Source: Atractiella rhizophila (Eukaryota). Taken from it: DNA of 45,367 bases. Numbering within the stretch: the stretch's first letter is position 1; each line of letters begins with the position of its first letter. The notes below the pieces were generated by a model. The model searched no databases. It was not told where the DNA came from and saw only the letters and a list, made by a program, of their open reading frames with translations. The translations under genes were made by a program, and so were the position numbers. Below are positions 13,464 through 26,232 of the stretch, in pieces. The stretch lies in NCBI GenBank assembly GCA_021432655.1, contig MU271551.1, positions 1 to 45,367 of the forward strand. Reading direction: 5' to 3'.

Positions 13464-16400
13464 TTAAGGTTCTTCCCCGTTCTCATTCTCTAACAAGCTG
13501 CCATATCCCTCACCCTCACTTATGTCTTTGATGAAATCCTTGTGGACCTCCTCACTTATCGGCCGATCGACCCAGCGGGAGAACATACACGCAAAGATGC
13601 TCATGAATCCTCCAAATCGAAGAACGTAGACGACGTCCGTCTCGCTGCTTTCGAGTTCGTGACCTGGTTGCATAAATGTGGCTAGGAGGGATGGATCTTG
13701 AGGTTTGGAGAGGGCAACGAGTTTGAATATGAGGGAGGCAATGAGGGCAACGAGGAATTGCGGCGCAACGATGGAGAGATTGTCTAACGTCCCAGTCATA
13801 GTCAGTTTATCATCATTCATTGGAATGCGGACGACGTACGAATGCCGAGAATCGTGCCTCCAACCTGCTTCCTGCCTTCAGCTCGTTCCTCCCGCCTCTC
13901 CCTCTCCAAGCTCTCATCCGTTCTCTCAACGGTCCCATAATTCTTTCCTCTCTGTTCAACCAGCCTATCTCTCTCTTGCTGCACGTTACTCGTGCTCCGA
14001 TACCTCCCTCCACCCTCTTGATCGGCTCTAAACGGCTGATGTTTCTTCGGCGGACTCGTCACCGTTTGTTCGCTGTAGCTCGATGCCCTCCTGAACGACT
14101 TACGGTGAGACTCGTAAAGGGTCTCTGCGCGTGTTGCGGACTCGACGGTAGCGGCGACGGAGGCATCATCCTGTGAGTCGTATGCATCTTCAATGTCTCT
14201 GATATACTCCATAACGAGCGCGAAAGGAACCTGCCACCCTTACTCTCAGTACTGAGCACCGTTATATATCATACAGACCCATACCCAACAAGTTATGGCC
14301 CACGGTATACCAATAAAAGCAACGACAACAGTCGCAGATTGTACGTCCTTCACAAGGAAAGTACATCCCAACATCAAAAAAGCAAAGAGGCCAGTACCGA
14401 GGGTCCAAAAGTTACGAGGGGTGCATCTCAGGAGTAACCTCCTGACCATCCCGCGGAGGAACTTTTTGTTCGGTCCATCGGTATGTCTGAAAGCTATGTG
14501 ACGGACGACGAAGGGGGACGTGGCGAGGGAGGAGACGAATGGGAGGACGAGGCCGGTGACGAGCGCGACGAGCGCGTATAGGAGGAGCGTGAAGGAGCCG
14601 TAGCGAGTCGCGTCGTCGATGCTTGGTCGATGGTCGGGATCGGATGTGGCCAGGATTACTTCGACGATGTAGGTTGTGGAGTAAAACAGGAAGGGAAACC
14701 TTCCACCAGAAAAAGTGAGATGGACGTATAAGGCAGGAGAGGAAAACATTACCATCCCAACCAAGCGAAAAATTGAACTGTGAGAGGGGTCAATATCTTA
14801 GAAGCCGGAAAATGGAAAGAGAGATAGAGACCGTAGCAGACTTTTCGAACTGAAGGCGGCAAATAAACAATAGACTGCCAAATCCTCCGAAATATGTCCT
14901 TCATACTGTACCATTGATCAGCCATCATCTCTCACAAAACAGACAGAAACACGAACCTCTCATCACTCCCCTTCGTATTCCTGCTCTCCTTCTGCGTGAC
15001 GCAAGTAATACCAGTACAAAGCACGAGAACAACAACACTCAAACAAGCCAATTTCCTAAACTGCCCTCCACCCACCCACTCCAGACCCTCCCACTTCCCC
15101 AAATCAAGATAGCCAGCAAAGAAGCCGACAATATTCCCCAAATGCGTCATCCGTCCATGCCAGGCATTCGCCGCCACCTGCTGCCTCGACGGGGCCACAT
15201 CGAGGATGAGAGCTCTAAGGGAAGCCTGCAAAGAGTTAAGTCCGAAGTCGAGGACGTAGAAAGCGGTGACGGCGAGTACGACGGATAGGTTGTCCGCGCG
15301 CTCGTTCCTCCGGGGGTCCCAGGACCCTTCTCCCCCCCAGAGAGCGGAGCCGAGGTCGATGAAGAGAGCGGCGAGGGGACGGGCGAAGGCGCAGACGAGG
15401 GTGGAGAGGATGACGGCGATGACGGAGCCGACGATGAATTTGCGGCGGCGGAAGGGGGAGGTGGAGGAGTCGGAGAGTGAGCCTGGTTTCGTTAGTGTGT
15501 AGCGTTAGATGTGTAGGGAGGACAGGGGAAGGAAGAGACGGACCGACTAATGGTTGAGCGATCAGACCGGAAATGGGACCGGCAACCCAAACTAGTGAAG
15601 TGAGGGATTTAGAAAGGCCTAGTTTGAGTAGGTATGGTGTGCCATAAGCCTGTCAAAATGAAGTCAGCTGGGATGTCGACACATATCGTTAATTGTTAGT
15701 TGAAGCGTTATGTATCAGGGTCAGTTCCATTTCTCCGACCTGCGAAACCAATGGGGTAGACCGCAAAGTCATAGAGCACACATTTGAGCTTGTGGGAGAG
15801 CCCAAACGCAGGTCACTCGTTCTCCAGAATCTCACCTGAGCAGGAAACTCTGACCACAATCGAGAAAATACATGAAAAGTGGACAAGAAGCCATTGCACG
15901 TCAACTAGGTCCTCTTCTAGATGCGAGGTGAGAGGGATCAAAATATTCTTCATTCTCCTAATAACGCAACTGCAGCGAGTTACCACCTCATTACAAGGTG
16001 TAAAAGTAAACTTTAGCGTGCAGGCTTCACCTCACATTCCAATGTTCCCTTCCAAACATACAAGAATCCGAACCTATAGTATGCTAGTCATCAGAGAGAA
16101 AGATGACCGTGTGCGCGTACTCTGCGGAAAACATAGCGCAGTGTAACGCTTGGAGTTCATAGAGAGAGAATCCACATCATCTAAAGAAAACGAAGCGGAA
16201 CTACATACCATCTCCACAGTCCAAGTGAGTTGGGCACCCGCCAGTCCAACCGTAAGAGCGATGAGCTTCCAGTCGCTCAACTCCTCCACTCTCTCCACTT
16301 GCTCCCTATCCTCATCCTCCTCCCCATCCCCACGCTCGTCAGTCAAACTCCTCTTGAGCCACCCCATCACGCCCCGCTTCTGGTTCTTGTGGAACTTGCG

Positions 16401-16475
16401 AGACTGGGACGGAAGGAAGGGGAAGGACTCGTATGTGGTTGAGGACTGGGAGTGTGCCAAGGTGAGGTCGGCCAT
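13464..16475 (-). CDS. Sut1-like alpha-glucoside/sucrose:H+ symporter (GPH family, MFS), multi-exon
   Basis: LIALTVGLAGAQLTWTVEM|AYGTPYLLKLGLSKSLTSLVWVAGPISGLIAQP, RRRKFIVG, LQASLRALILD...QQVAANAWHGRMTHLGNIVG, FPFLFYSTTYI and NLSIVAPQF match the S. pombe Sut1 / plant SUC family signature. Confidence 0.9.
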
Positions 16476-16778
16476 CCTGCGTGGGAGGTGTTGGAGTGGC
16501 TGAGGATAGGCAAGAGTATGGGGGGAGTGAGGTGCAGTAGCCTGCAGGCTTGGCTTTCAAGCTGTTGGTCTCCTGATGACGATGACATGGGGTCGGCGTG
16601 CGGATATACCAGGTTATTCTGGATATGGATGTTAGATGTTGGGTAGATGTTGAGCACGGGCGAGTGGTTTCGCAATCTTGCTCGATTTGTGCACTGTTAT
16701 TCCGAAGCACATGGCACTTCACCGCTGAGCTGGACTTATTAAGAAGGCCTTCCGCTTCTATCCCCTTTTCTTTTCACC

Positions 16779-16916
16779 AACCACTTTATTGCTTCTTTGC
16801 TCATCTCTCTGGTGTCGTAGTTGGGGAACCAGGTGTGTAGATTACATATACTATAAAATAAAACCACTTTATTGCTTCTTTGCTTATCTCTTTGGTGCCA
16901 TGGTTGGGGAACCAGG
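16779..16916 (+). repeat. Imperfect direct repeat of ~55 bp (16779-16833 and 16862-16916) at the left edge of the repeat island
   Basis: aaccactttattgcttctttgct...ttggggaaccagg occurs twice with a few transitions. Confidence 0.85.
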
Positions 16917-17065
16917 GAACCAGAAACGATTCGCAAACACCAAATTCTCACTCAGGGTGTAAGGTGAAAGGTCTACAATGATTGATGACAGAGGTAGGGG
17001 ACCTATGCTGAAGGTTGTGAGCTAAAGATCTACGACAGTCGCACCATATGACAGCCATGACAGTC

Positions 17066-17505
17066 TGTTAGGGCTGGTACTATGTGCGGTCGCCGACGGG
17101 CGATGCGTCTGTAGTGGAGATAAACCTAAGAGACACTCTAAGGTCACCTCCACTACTCTCCGATTTATATACAAGCGGAACTACAGTCATAAAGTGTAGA
17201 GGAGAGTATACGAAACATGTAAGAGAACCAAAAAGGGAAAGCAACAGTGGGATTACATGGGTTGATATGAGGAGAGTAGACACCATTGGGCTAAGTGGTG
17301 ATGGGAATGCAAATAGGCAACAGGATATGCAAACCGGTGAATGGACGCCGATTTGTACAAGATGCAAAACTGATACTTTGCTGTGCTTTTCAACGGCTTC
17401 CTGGCAGTGATTGCACATCGAGATTGGAAAATCTTGACCGTGACCTCATTTACCAGGGCTTTCTCAGGACACTCTACCTTGATGGAGGAAGGCAGGACTC
17501 AAACA
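17066..17505 (-). mobile_element. Diverged LTR of the same family as the solo LTRs at 33043 and 37610
   Basis: First ~100 bp (tgttagggctggtactatgtgcggtcgccgacgggcgatgcgtctgtagtggag...) nearly match the start of the 33043 copy. Right end estimated at ...ggactcaaaca; no matching TSD found. Confidence 0.75.
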
Positions 17506-17935
17506 TTATTTCTAGTTGATGTTTAGAGCTCGATGTCTGTTGAAACTCACTGTTAGAGCTTGTTTTACTTTACTGCCATGTTCCAGCCAGCATGATCTGT
17601 AAATTCTTGTACATGGTCCCCCAAAATAAGTTTGTATCTCATCAGAAATCAATCATGCAGCCGCCGAAATATTTCTTTGGAGAGTATGATTTTTCAACTT
17701 CATCATCTTCCGAAGCTATTAGAATACTTCACAACTCACCAGCAATTTCCTTTGTCGAATTGTTCAACCAGTGTTCTATGACATGCTCCTGATATCAGCT
17801 GTAATACAACCCTTTAAGATTGGGACAGTGTTCAGTGTTTTCTGCAAACAAGTACCTTCTTGGTTGATGTTTGAATTATTGACCAAGACAATACACTGTG
17901 GAATGAGGAGTCCAGTCCCTCTTCTTTTGGAAAAA

Positions 17936-18005
17936 CAAGTGTGTCAGTGGCCTTTGTCCCTCAGACCACCTGACCTACTCACAAGGGGCGTGGCCCCTTG
18001 AACTC
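17936..18005 (-). mobile_element. Helitron-type 3' terminus (double hairpin), homologous to 38945-39011 in inverted orientation
   Basis: Perfect hairpin caaggggc-gtg-gccccttg at 17982-18000; the minus strand ends ...gagggacaaaggccactgacacacttg|t. Confidence 0.6.
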
Positions 18006-19791
18006 CATAATGATCACGCGAGAGTTTGAGTCCAGTACACAAGACATTTTTTAAAACCCTTTCAGAATGATATTTCCTTCCAGGTTCAGAAAGAGGCAAG
18101 CATATGGGTTATGATGGTATACTTCATGAAATTTTGTTGTATGTGGCAGGGGAGGTATGAGGGCTCAAAAGTGTGTCTTATGACTCATGCTAAGAAACTC
18201 AACACTCTTAGAAGAAGAGATATCAATGCAAACAAGGCATTGGAGCGTTGACCTCACTGTCTTTCCTCCCTTAAAGATGGGATAGAGTGACCACCACCTC
18301 GGCCTACAAATTCTCTTTATTTGCCTTTCTCCTTTCTTATTTGTCTGTTACAATTTTAGCTACAATTAGATAACACAGGGAATAGAGGAGGATCATCATC
18401 TGCTGTGAATGCAGTATAGGATGGAAGAGCAAGAGAAGACATCAAAGACATTCCTGGGATTCTGATGAACTAAGGGACTGTAGTCTATCTACAGCTCCAC
18501 CTCTTCCTAACGAAATGCCAGATACTTCATTCGAATGTTCAGACTGACTCTGTTCTACCTTCTCAATGTCCCTGTCATCTAATCCCTCTACCTCCTCATG
18601 ACCTCCTCATCATGTATGTCTGCCTCATCCATATATTTGTCGTATGAGCAATCATGGTTGTCAGTGTAAGCTGATTTGACCTCGATGACATTAAATCTAT
18701 CCTCACCTGTGTCCATGTAGTCCTCACCCATCACCTCCTTGTCTGTAACAGATATCGTATAAGATCTCGATCAAGCTATTTCCACCACATTGGCCAACCC
18801 ATCCCCCATCCAGTCTGTAGTGCCTTCTAACCCAACCCTGTCATCCAGCAGCTGCCTCTTTTTGCTTCACCCATTTCCCCTTCAGCAAGCCATACTTTAC
18901 TCCCCCTGCTTCTTTGCCTAATTTCTGCTTTGATTCCTCACCTGTGCTACTCAAGACTTCAGCCTCCACCACTCCTGGCGCCACACTATCCAACAACACA
19001 CCAGTGACCGTTCGTTAACACTCTCTACACCTATGTCTCCACCTGCGGGTGCCGACCAATCCTCCCTAGTTTCTTTATCGCCTCTATGTTGGCCATGATG
19101 TTATTCAGAGCTGGTATCATAGACTTGGATGAAAGAGAGAAGCCTGTGACATTTATTCGCAATTTTGTCTGATCATCAATGAAGACAAACCTTTATCCAC
19201 TTGATAACCAACTTGGGACAACATTTTAATTGTCGCTTGCCTGTCAAAAGAGGCTTCTAGTGCACTCAGTAACAGTGTACCCACATCATTTCATACCTTC
19301 ACATATGCAAGGCTGTACCTGGGAGGCTGAGGCTATGAGTGAGGTAAGTTGGAATTTAGACATGTAATCTAATATGGCCGTACCAGTATAGAAGAAACCT
19401 GCTCTTCATTTCCTCAGTGGGTTCCTTCATGACGGATGCTGCATTTGATACCTCCCATGGTAGGGAAACGACTCAGTAACCACCATCCCTTTCTCTATTA
19501 TTATGTGGGGATGGCTATTGAACCCAAGTCACATATACATCACCAATGCTGATACCTGACTGGAGCTGTCTGAAGCTACAAATTATCTTCAATTGATAAT
19601 TTGATTACATTAGACTCCCATCCATGTATCAAATAGCATGGAATTGTCCTTTATGATTTGGTACAATTCATGATGTAGAATATATTTTACATCTTTGGCA
19701 TCAGAGGTATGTGCAATGTTAACTGTACTAAAGAGAGTTCAAAGGTCTATGGAGCTTACGAAGAGGAATAGTAAGGATCAGTGATTAGTGA

Positions 19792-20272
19792 TAGAGATAT
19801 CAAGGAGTACCTGTGCACAACAAGTTACAAATCAGCTACAGAGGGTAAATTTTCATCAGGGGTGCCTGTTTGTGTTCCCTGCTAAGTACCTAAGAGTACT
19901 TGTGAGCATATATCCTGAAATGGCAGGTATCTATGGGGTACTTGTTTGAAAGAGTTAAAGAGAGTTTTATATCAAATTTTGATCTTTTTCACATTCAAAA
20001 TAGCTCTATCTAGCTCTGAGATACAAGTAACAGTGGTGTTTAAGCCATAAGTAATGTATAATAAGTCATCTATGTAAACTAATTGTGCCTAAACTGTAAA
20101 ATTATGTCGATGAGTAGAGTCTAAGTTAATACAAGGGTACCCGTGAGTAGTACTCATGAGTACAAGGGTACCTGTGTCAAAGGTCAGGACAAGTTACAAA
20201 TCAGGCTCTAAGCTGATCGATACTCGTGAGCAAGGGTACCCATACTCGTAAGTACTATTTGTTGCATCTCTA
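19792..20272. mobile_element. Non-autonomous hAT-type MITE, 481 bp
   Basis: Perfect 8-bp TSD attagtga (19784-19791, 20273-20280); imperfect TIRs starting TAGAGAT; multiple subterminal gggtac / tacc(c/t)g motifs. Confidence 0.85.
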
Positions 20273-22774
20273 ATTAGTGAAGGCAAGGAGTCTGCATATG
20301 TACTTTTTCCTTTGCGCTTTCCACATGCAGCCAATAAATATCAAGTAGACAGCAAGAGATACCTGGATATTCCACCATCTTGCCATCCCTACTTCAACTT
20401 CTAAACTCAAATTTTCCTGTGGATCTTCTGCCAGCAGCAAAGTATAGTGGATGGATTAGGATAGAGCATACAGGTTATCAGTTGGAGTTGGAAAAAGGGT
20501 TTGAATTATATTGGAGGGATGGACAAGCGGCTTGATGGTGAGAATTAACTACTTCAGTATTATTACTACAGGGAAAAATGATATGATATCATCTTTGGAT
20601 TGGTACTTCATATGTATAAGAATAATGGTCTATTAGCAACAATAAACATTAGTCAACTCCATTCTAGAGTCCAGATGCTCATGAAAGATCCATCAGACTA
20701 AGAGCACAATTAAGATAGAATATGTCATTCCATGCTAGACGCCTATGTAAAGCCTGTCAGCCAGAGAGGAGCAGAAAGCAAGGTAACTTTTCCATTCATC
20801 AGCTCAGCTCAAGTACAACAATTGAATCTCTTGAAATTCCACTTCAGATTTTAAAGGAATGAGAGCAAAGGGTAGGGATTTTTAAGGCTTGTATTATGTG
20901 ATACAACAGGTGAGCAATATAGGGAAATAAAGATCCTATAGGTGGTGGATGGCAAGTTTCAGAGTTTAGAGAACAGTACACCCACAGATACTTGTACCTA
21001 AGGTGGAGACAGATCTCCCATTATGCCCATTCATGCATTGTTAGCAACAGAATTCAACGACACTATAGGACATAGGACATGCTTATAAAGAGAGTTTTAA
21101 GATTAAAAATAGATGGAGTTATGGAGGAAATTGAAATAAGTGGAAAGTAGGATGTAAGGCGTAGTTGTGGAAATTGTAGCCAACACTTTTGCCACATGGG
21201 TCTCTCTGCTATTAAAGCCTATTGACCTACAAGTGTGAGACTCATTACTTAATTCTACTATCCCATTTCACTAGAAATTAGGTATGTAGTCTTCATTGCA
21301 TTATAATCTTTCTATCATCTTAATTTTACTGGGGATCAGCTCACATAAATCATACTTAAGCAGTAAATGCCTTAACGGCCGAGTCTGTGAAAAAGGCAGC
21401 AGGGTTCCTTGAGGCTCTGGGAGGAAAGAACGTCACACAGAGGGGGAAGAAAAAGAAGGCATTGGAAGTAACAACTGTGCTAGCCTCAAAAATCTTCTAC
21501 CCACTTTAAAATCTGGGGTCTCAAACATTGGTTAAGAGAATGGCAAACCCATCTCTGTCCAAAAGCCATCAAGATCGAGATCAAGGCAACCAAACTATCA
21601 AAAGCAGAAGCCAGTGAACCCAACATAGGATGGTGCTCAATCACATCTGCTTCTCAATTGACTGTCCATTGACTGTCCGATGACTCTACTGTTGCCTCCT
21701 TCTGAAGATTCCTTAGCATCCAAACAGAGAGAAGAAAACCAAACATATCATTGGGAAGACCAGATGGACATGGATGCAGTTGGGCAGCCTGAGCCCAGTT
21801 TGTTGTGCACTCAGGAGGAAGACATGTAAGTTGGTAGCCAGCAGTCACCTGCAGTCATCTGCCTCAGAAACCTCCATCATACCAGAGGATAATTTCACAG
21901 GTCCATGGGGGCAAGCTAGCAAGGTGGATAAATTGACATGGATCCTACCTGAGGTACCAAAGGGTAGATACCAGAGAGTCCGCCTGAGGATCCTTATCCA
22001 TAAATCCTTGTTACTATAACCACCTTCTTGCAGTCCGTAGTGAAATGCTACGGCCAGGTTTGAACTGGATTGGAGGAAAGAGCTCCAGCTCCAGATACTT
22101 CTTGAAACCTTTCAGCATTTGAGCTTGTAACTGGTTCTTGATATACTTCTCCAATGCCTTTGGGATGACAGATCTAACTTTCACTTTTTTCCACGAAGAT
22201 AGGCTTGAAGTTTCTCATATTGTTCTGGATCATTGAGAAGGGAATAGGTTTTAGCATTCTGTCCTATCTAATCATATTAACTTGAGGAACAAGATATCTG
22301 AAACTGATGAACCTATATTAGAAAGGGCAAGCTCTTCTGTGTTTTCATAATAACGTACCTATGCTCTTATACTCCTGCCACCGTAGTTATCATTAAAACA
22401 ATGGAAGAGTGCTGCTATTTTTGCACATTTTCTTCCGCTTTTCTTCCTCCATATGGGTTCTAGTAGGATGATTTATAACATTCTATTATGCTTGATGAGG
22501 GCGGTGTAAGGGTTCAAAAGTACATCTTATAATTTATACTAAGTAGAGAAACCAACTTGTTGAAGAGGTCAAGATGTCGACACATAGTTAAAAGAGGCAT
22601 CTTGAAGAGGTTAAGGTGTTGTCACATACTTTTAACTATATGTTGACACATTTAACATGTTGGGACGGATGATAATTATATCTGCTTCTTCTGTTCCAAC
22701 AATGTTGGTGGGAAAAGTGGCTATGGATTGATGGTCTTGATGAGAATCTTTAAATACAAAATACTTGAAATCTC

Positions 22775-22850
22775 TGTGATAAAGTTGCTGTTCTCTTCTT
22801 CCTTCTTAAATCCTTTACACGGGCCCAGGATGAGTAAGGAGAATTAGATA
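22775..22850 (+). repeat. Degenerate dispersed repeat; second copy at ~27170-27240
   Basis: ataaagttg...taaatcc...gggc(c/t)caggatgagtaaggagaattagat present at both sites. Confidence 0.7.
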
Positions 22851-23980
22851 TCACTTCTGGGATTCATTATCAGACAACATCCAGGAAGTCATTAGTAAGA
22901 GAAGCACAGGTACTCCTCTTCTTCTCAGCCTTTTCCAATAACTTTTTCTTCTCCTCTTCTCCTTCGCTGACATCATGCAACACCAAGATGAAACAACATT
23001 GTCCTTCTATCTCATTAATCTGGCACTCCTCGTTGTCAGAACGCGAGAGAAGCTCATCTTAGATTCAAGACAGAGGGCTTTCTCCTGTTACCTCTTTTTC
23101 CAACACCGCAGGAAGTTACGCATCCTTCTCCTCTGAGCTGACGTTTCCTAAATAAAAGCTTAATAGCCCAACCTACATTGCTCAAGGAAACACAGAGGCA
23201 TGTTACATAGCCCTGTCTCCTCTCCTACTATACTGTTACCCAATCCTTTCTCTCTCGCCGTACATACATGCTATCTATCACAGAAGGGTTTCTTCGCCTC
23301 CATAGTATCACACTCCGTGCCGCCGTCCGTGAGAAATTACGTGTGAGCTCAAATTATCTCGTTAGACTTTATACTATGTCATGTAAAATTGGGGAAGTGA
23401 TGCAGGGTTCAAGGACAAACCAATTCAGTGGCTTGTATCCGTAAACTGTGAGTATGTCTCCCATTCTTACTATGTCCTGGGGATAGTATGCACAACTGGT
23501 ATGGTGGTAATTTGTTTGCCTCCCTTTTTAGAATTCACCCATAGTTTCTCTCTTTTGTTTGTATTATCATTTTTATGTTTCATTCATAGTAATTTGTTTA
23601 TTCTTATGGTTTATTTCTTTTAATTCATTATTTCCCTATAAATGAGTCTCACTGATTTATTGTTGTCTTGTTGAGAGATTCACATCGTATCACAAAATCC
23701 TATTCTTATGTTACTACAAAAATATATGTAATCAAAGTTATTTTTAAGTGATTAGCAGTGTAGTTACAGTAAGTTGTTGCTAGTGCCTAATGGTGCTTGA
23801 AAAACATAGAACTGGGAAGTTGAAACTTGAATTATTTGGGGTTAAGGGTGAAGACTATTGCTCCCTCACTGTTGGTCAGAAGTGACACAGTGCTTATTCC
23901 ATAGACTTTTCAATATCAAGATTTTTTATCAAGGCAAAGAGTTTACGTTAAAATTGATATCAGTGTATTTTGTCCATTAG

Positions 23981-24911
23981 GCATCTATAAAGTGTGGAGC
24001 AGGATAGGGAAAAAATTTCAGCACAAAGTATGAGGAGGAACAGAAATATTAGTCATATGGAATCATACAACTTCAGCCTTTTAGTTGTTATCCAACATGT
24101 ACATAGATTTCTTTATCCTTCTTAGCAGAACTCCTCTTCAACAAAGCATCTCTCCGCTATGAGCGAACTACAAGATTTTCTCAAAATAATATCTGAATAC
24201 CAAACAAATATTGCTTGTTCATATGAATACAAATACTCAAAATCTCCCCCCACTTCCAGAGAAGGAAATGCTGTCGGTGCCAAAGGCACAAGCAGTCTTT
24301 CTCACAGTTCAAGTTCACCTCACTTCCTTTTCTCTCGACACAGATATCTCACTCCTGAGATCATGATGGAAATAAAATATAACATAGATAATGATATTGA
24401 ATTCATCTTCTGACTTTTATCCAGTTACAATAAGGGAATAGGAACCTTTACCGCTCATGTCCAAAATCATACAGTTGATGAATGCGGCAATAACATTCTC
24501 TGTTACATCCATACAACCTTCCTGTTCCAGCTCCCACGTCTTGATATACATGTCCACTTAATTTACTGGTGAACAGCAAAGGTCACTGTCTGTGATCAAG
24601 GGCAGCAGCATATTGAATCCATTGATCAAGCAAATCACAGGGAGTTGGTCAAATAGGGGGGGTCGGAGTGGGTTCTGCCTATCAGTAAGCTTTCGGCCCC
24701 TCAAGGTAGCAGGAAACTCACTTAGTTCAGCCTGGTGAAAGTGTATAAGCTGGTAGTGTTGTTCCAGGGTCCTAATTCTCTATGATTAGGACTCGGAGTG
24801 GGGCAAGGTGGAAAATTTTCAAATTGAGGAAATGGTGGAAACTATGGCAGTGGTGGGGTAGCTATACAAGTGTGGTTGACCTCCAGATTTGGATGCTGAG
24901 AAAGAGGACGA
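23981..24911 (+). repeat. 931-bp duplication, copy 1, order A(23981-24225) then B(24226-24911)
   Basis: Both blocks match the reverse complement of 26233-27163 almost base for base. Confidence 0.95.
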
Positions 24912-25639
24912 TGATAACAACAAACATAAATTTGCACAGAGGTGTGTGGAGGAATGTCATTACATTGGCTATGATGGAGAGACAGTTGTAAGGATGTTTG
25001 GACCAGTAAGTGTCGTTTTCCTTGGAGACATCAGGGACAAGAAGATTTTAGGAAGCCAAGCTGTTGCAGCCCCATTTACAGCAACACCAAGTTTGTGCAT
25101 TGCCAAGGGTATGATGAAAAGCATGGGCTGTATGCCCACAAGTTCAAGAGCATAGGGGCTCACTTTTGACCTCATCGTATATCCTACCACTTGATAGACC
25201 TCAGGAGTAATCCCTTTCCTTACTTTAAGCTTCAATCATTTAATGAAGAGCTAGACCAGCATCAGAGCCACTCTATCACACCATCATCCTCACAGTAACT
25301 CTGTCCTAGCCCTCCTCAGGTATGCCTATTTCATTCACTGCACATTGTGGTGACCAATAGCAGCAGGCTCCTATGCCCAACTTTGAAATAAAGGTGAAGC
25401 CATAACCCTGTCATATCGCTATACACCTTATCACAACCCCTCCACTTCCAAGTCCTCCACCCTTACCTCTAGCTCCCCCTCTTCTAGAGTGTTATCCCCT
25501 CCATTGGACAAGAAGCAGAAGAAAAGACATGGACCAACAATTAAGCATCAGCTGATTATTGTAGAAACCAAATAGGATATGATTACGAGTACGCTTGAGG
25601 GAAAAGTACTGGAGAAGTAGGAATAATTTAGATATATAT

Positions 25640-25966
25640 GTAGATAATATAATATTCACAGCGTATCTATCTCCTTGAAACTTGCCAATCCAATAAACAT
25701 GATTCTCCCTTTAGCCCACAATATCTTGAGGGTTATTAGAACCTGTATATGTTTCCTCCAATCTCAGCATACAAATGACCCCCCTCAAATTCTCCAAACA
25801 CATTTATCCAATCAAAACCTTCCATTCTATTACTAGTGTCACGACGGTGTTGAATAGATACATTGACTCTTATGCTGAGAAAGAGTTGGGAGGAACATCG
25901 GAAAGTAAAGAATGTTGAGCCCATTGGATAGAGCTTAGATGGACATACATCCACATACTCGTTCAA
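25640..25966 (-). pseudogene. Decayed TET/JBP-like 2-oxoglutarate/Fe(II) dioxygenase fragment
   Basis: FLSIRVNVSIQHRRDTSNRMEGFDWINVFGEFEGGHLY...YRF, then after a frameshift NNPQDIVG*RENHVYWIGKFQGDRYAV. This resembles the HxD...GxFxGGxL...PxD...H...GDR layout of fungal TET/JBP domains. Confidence 0.6.
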
Positions 25967-26232
25967 ACCTTCTCTAAGAAGGTATATTTCACTTCTGCAC
26001 CCATGCTTTCAAACTCCTTGAGTTTGTTAATTTGATAACAATAATGCTTCCTTATCTTACTGATTTATAGTTTGAACTATGTCTAATATTTTTATCAAAA
26101 CTTTACATTTACCATCTCTCCTTTCAGCTCCTTAGCATCTTCCTTGATGTCCTTGATGTCTTCTTTTATGGTCATGGTCATAAGCTTATAAATGTCCTAG
26201 GAATGGCATTCAATGGTGGCCATCATCATCTC

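Noticed and set aside
19240..19330. Cys-rich minus-strand relic (PCICEGMK*CG) as a MULE SWIM zinc finger
   Set aside because: Too degenerate; the final Cys-x-His is not present.
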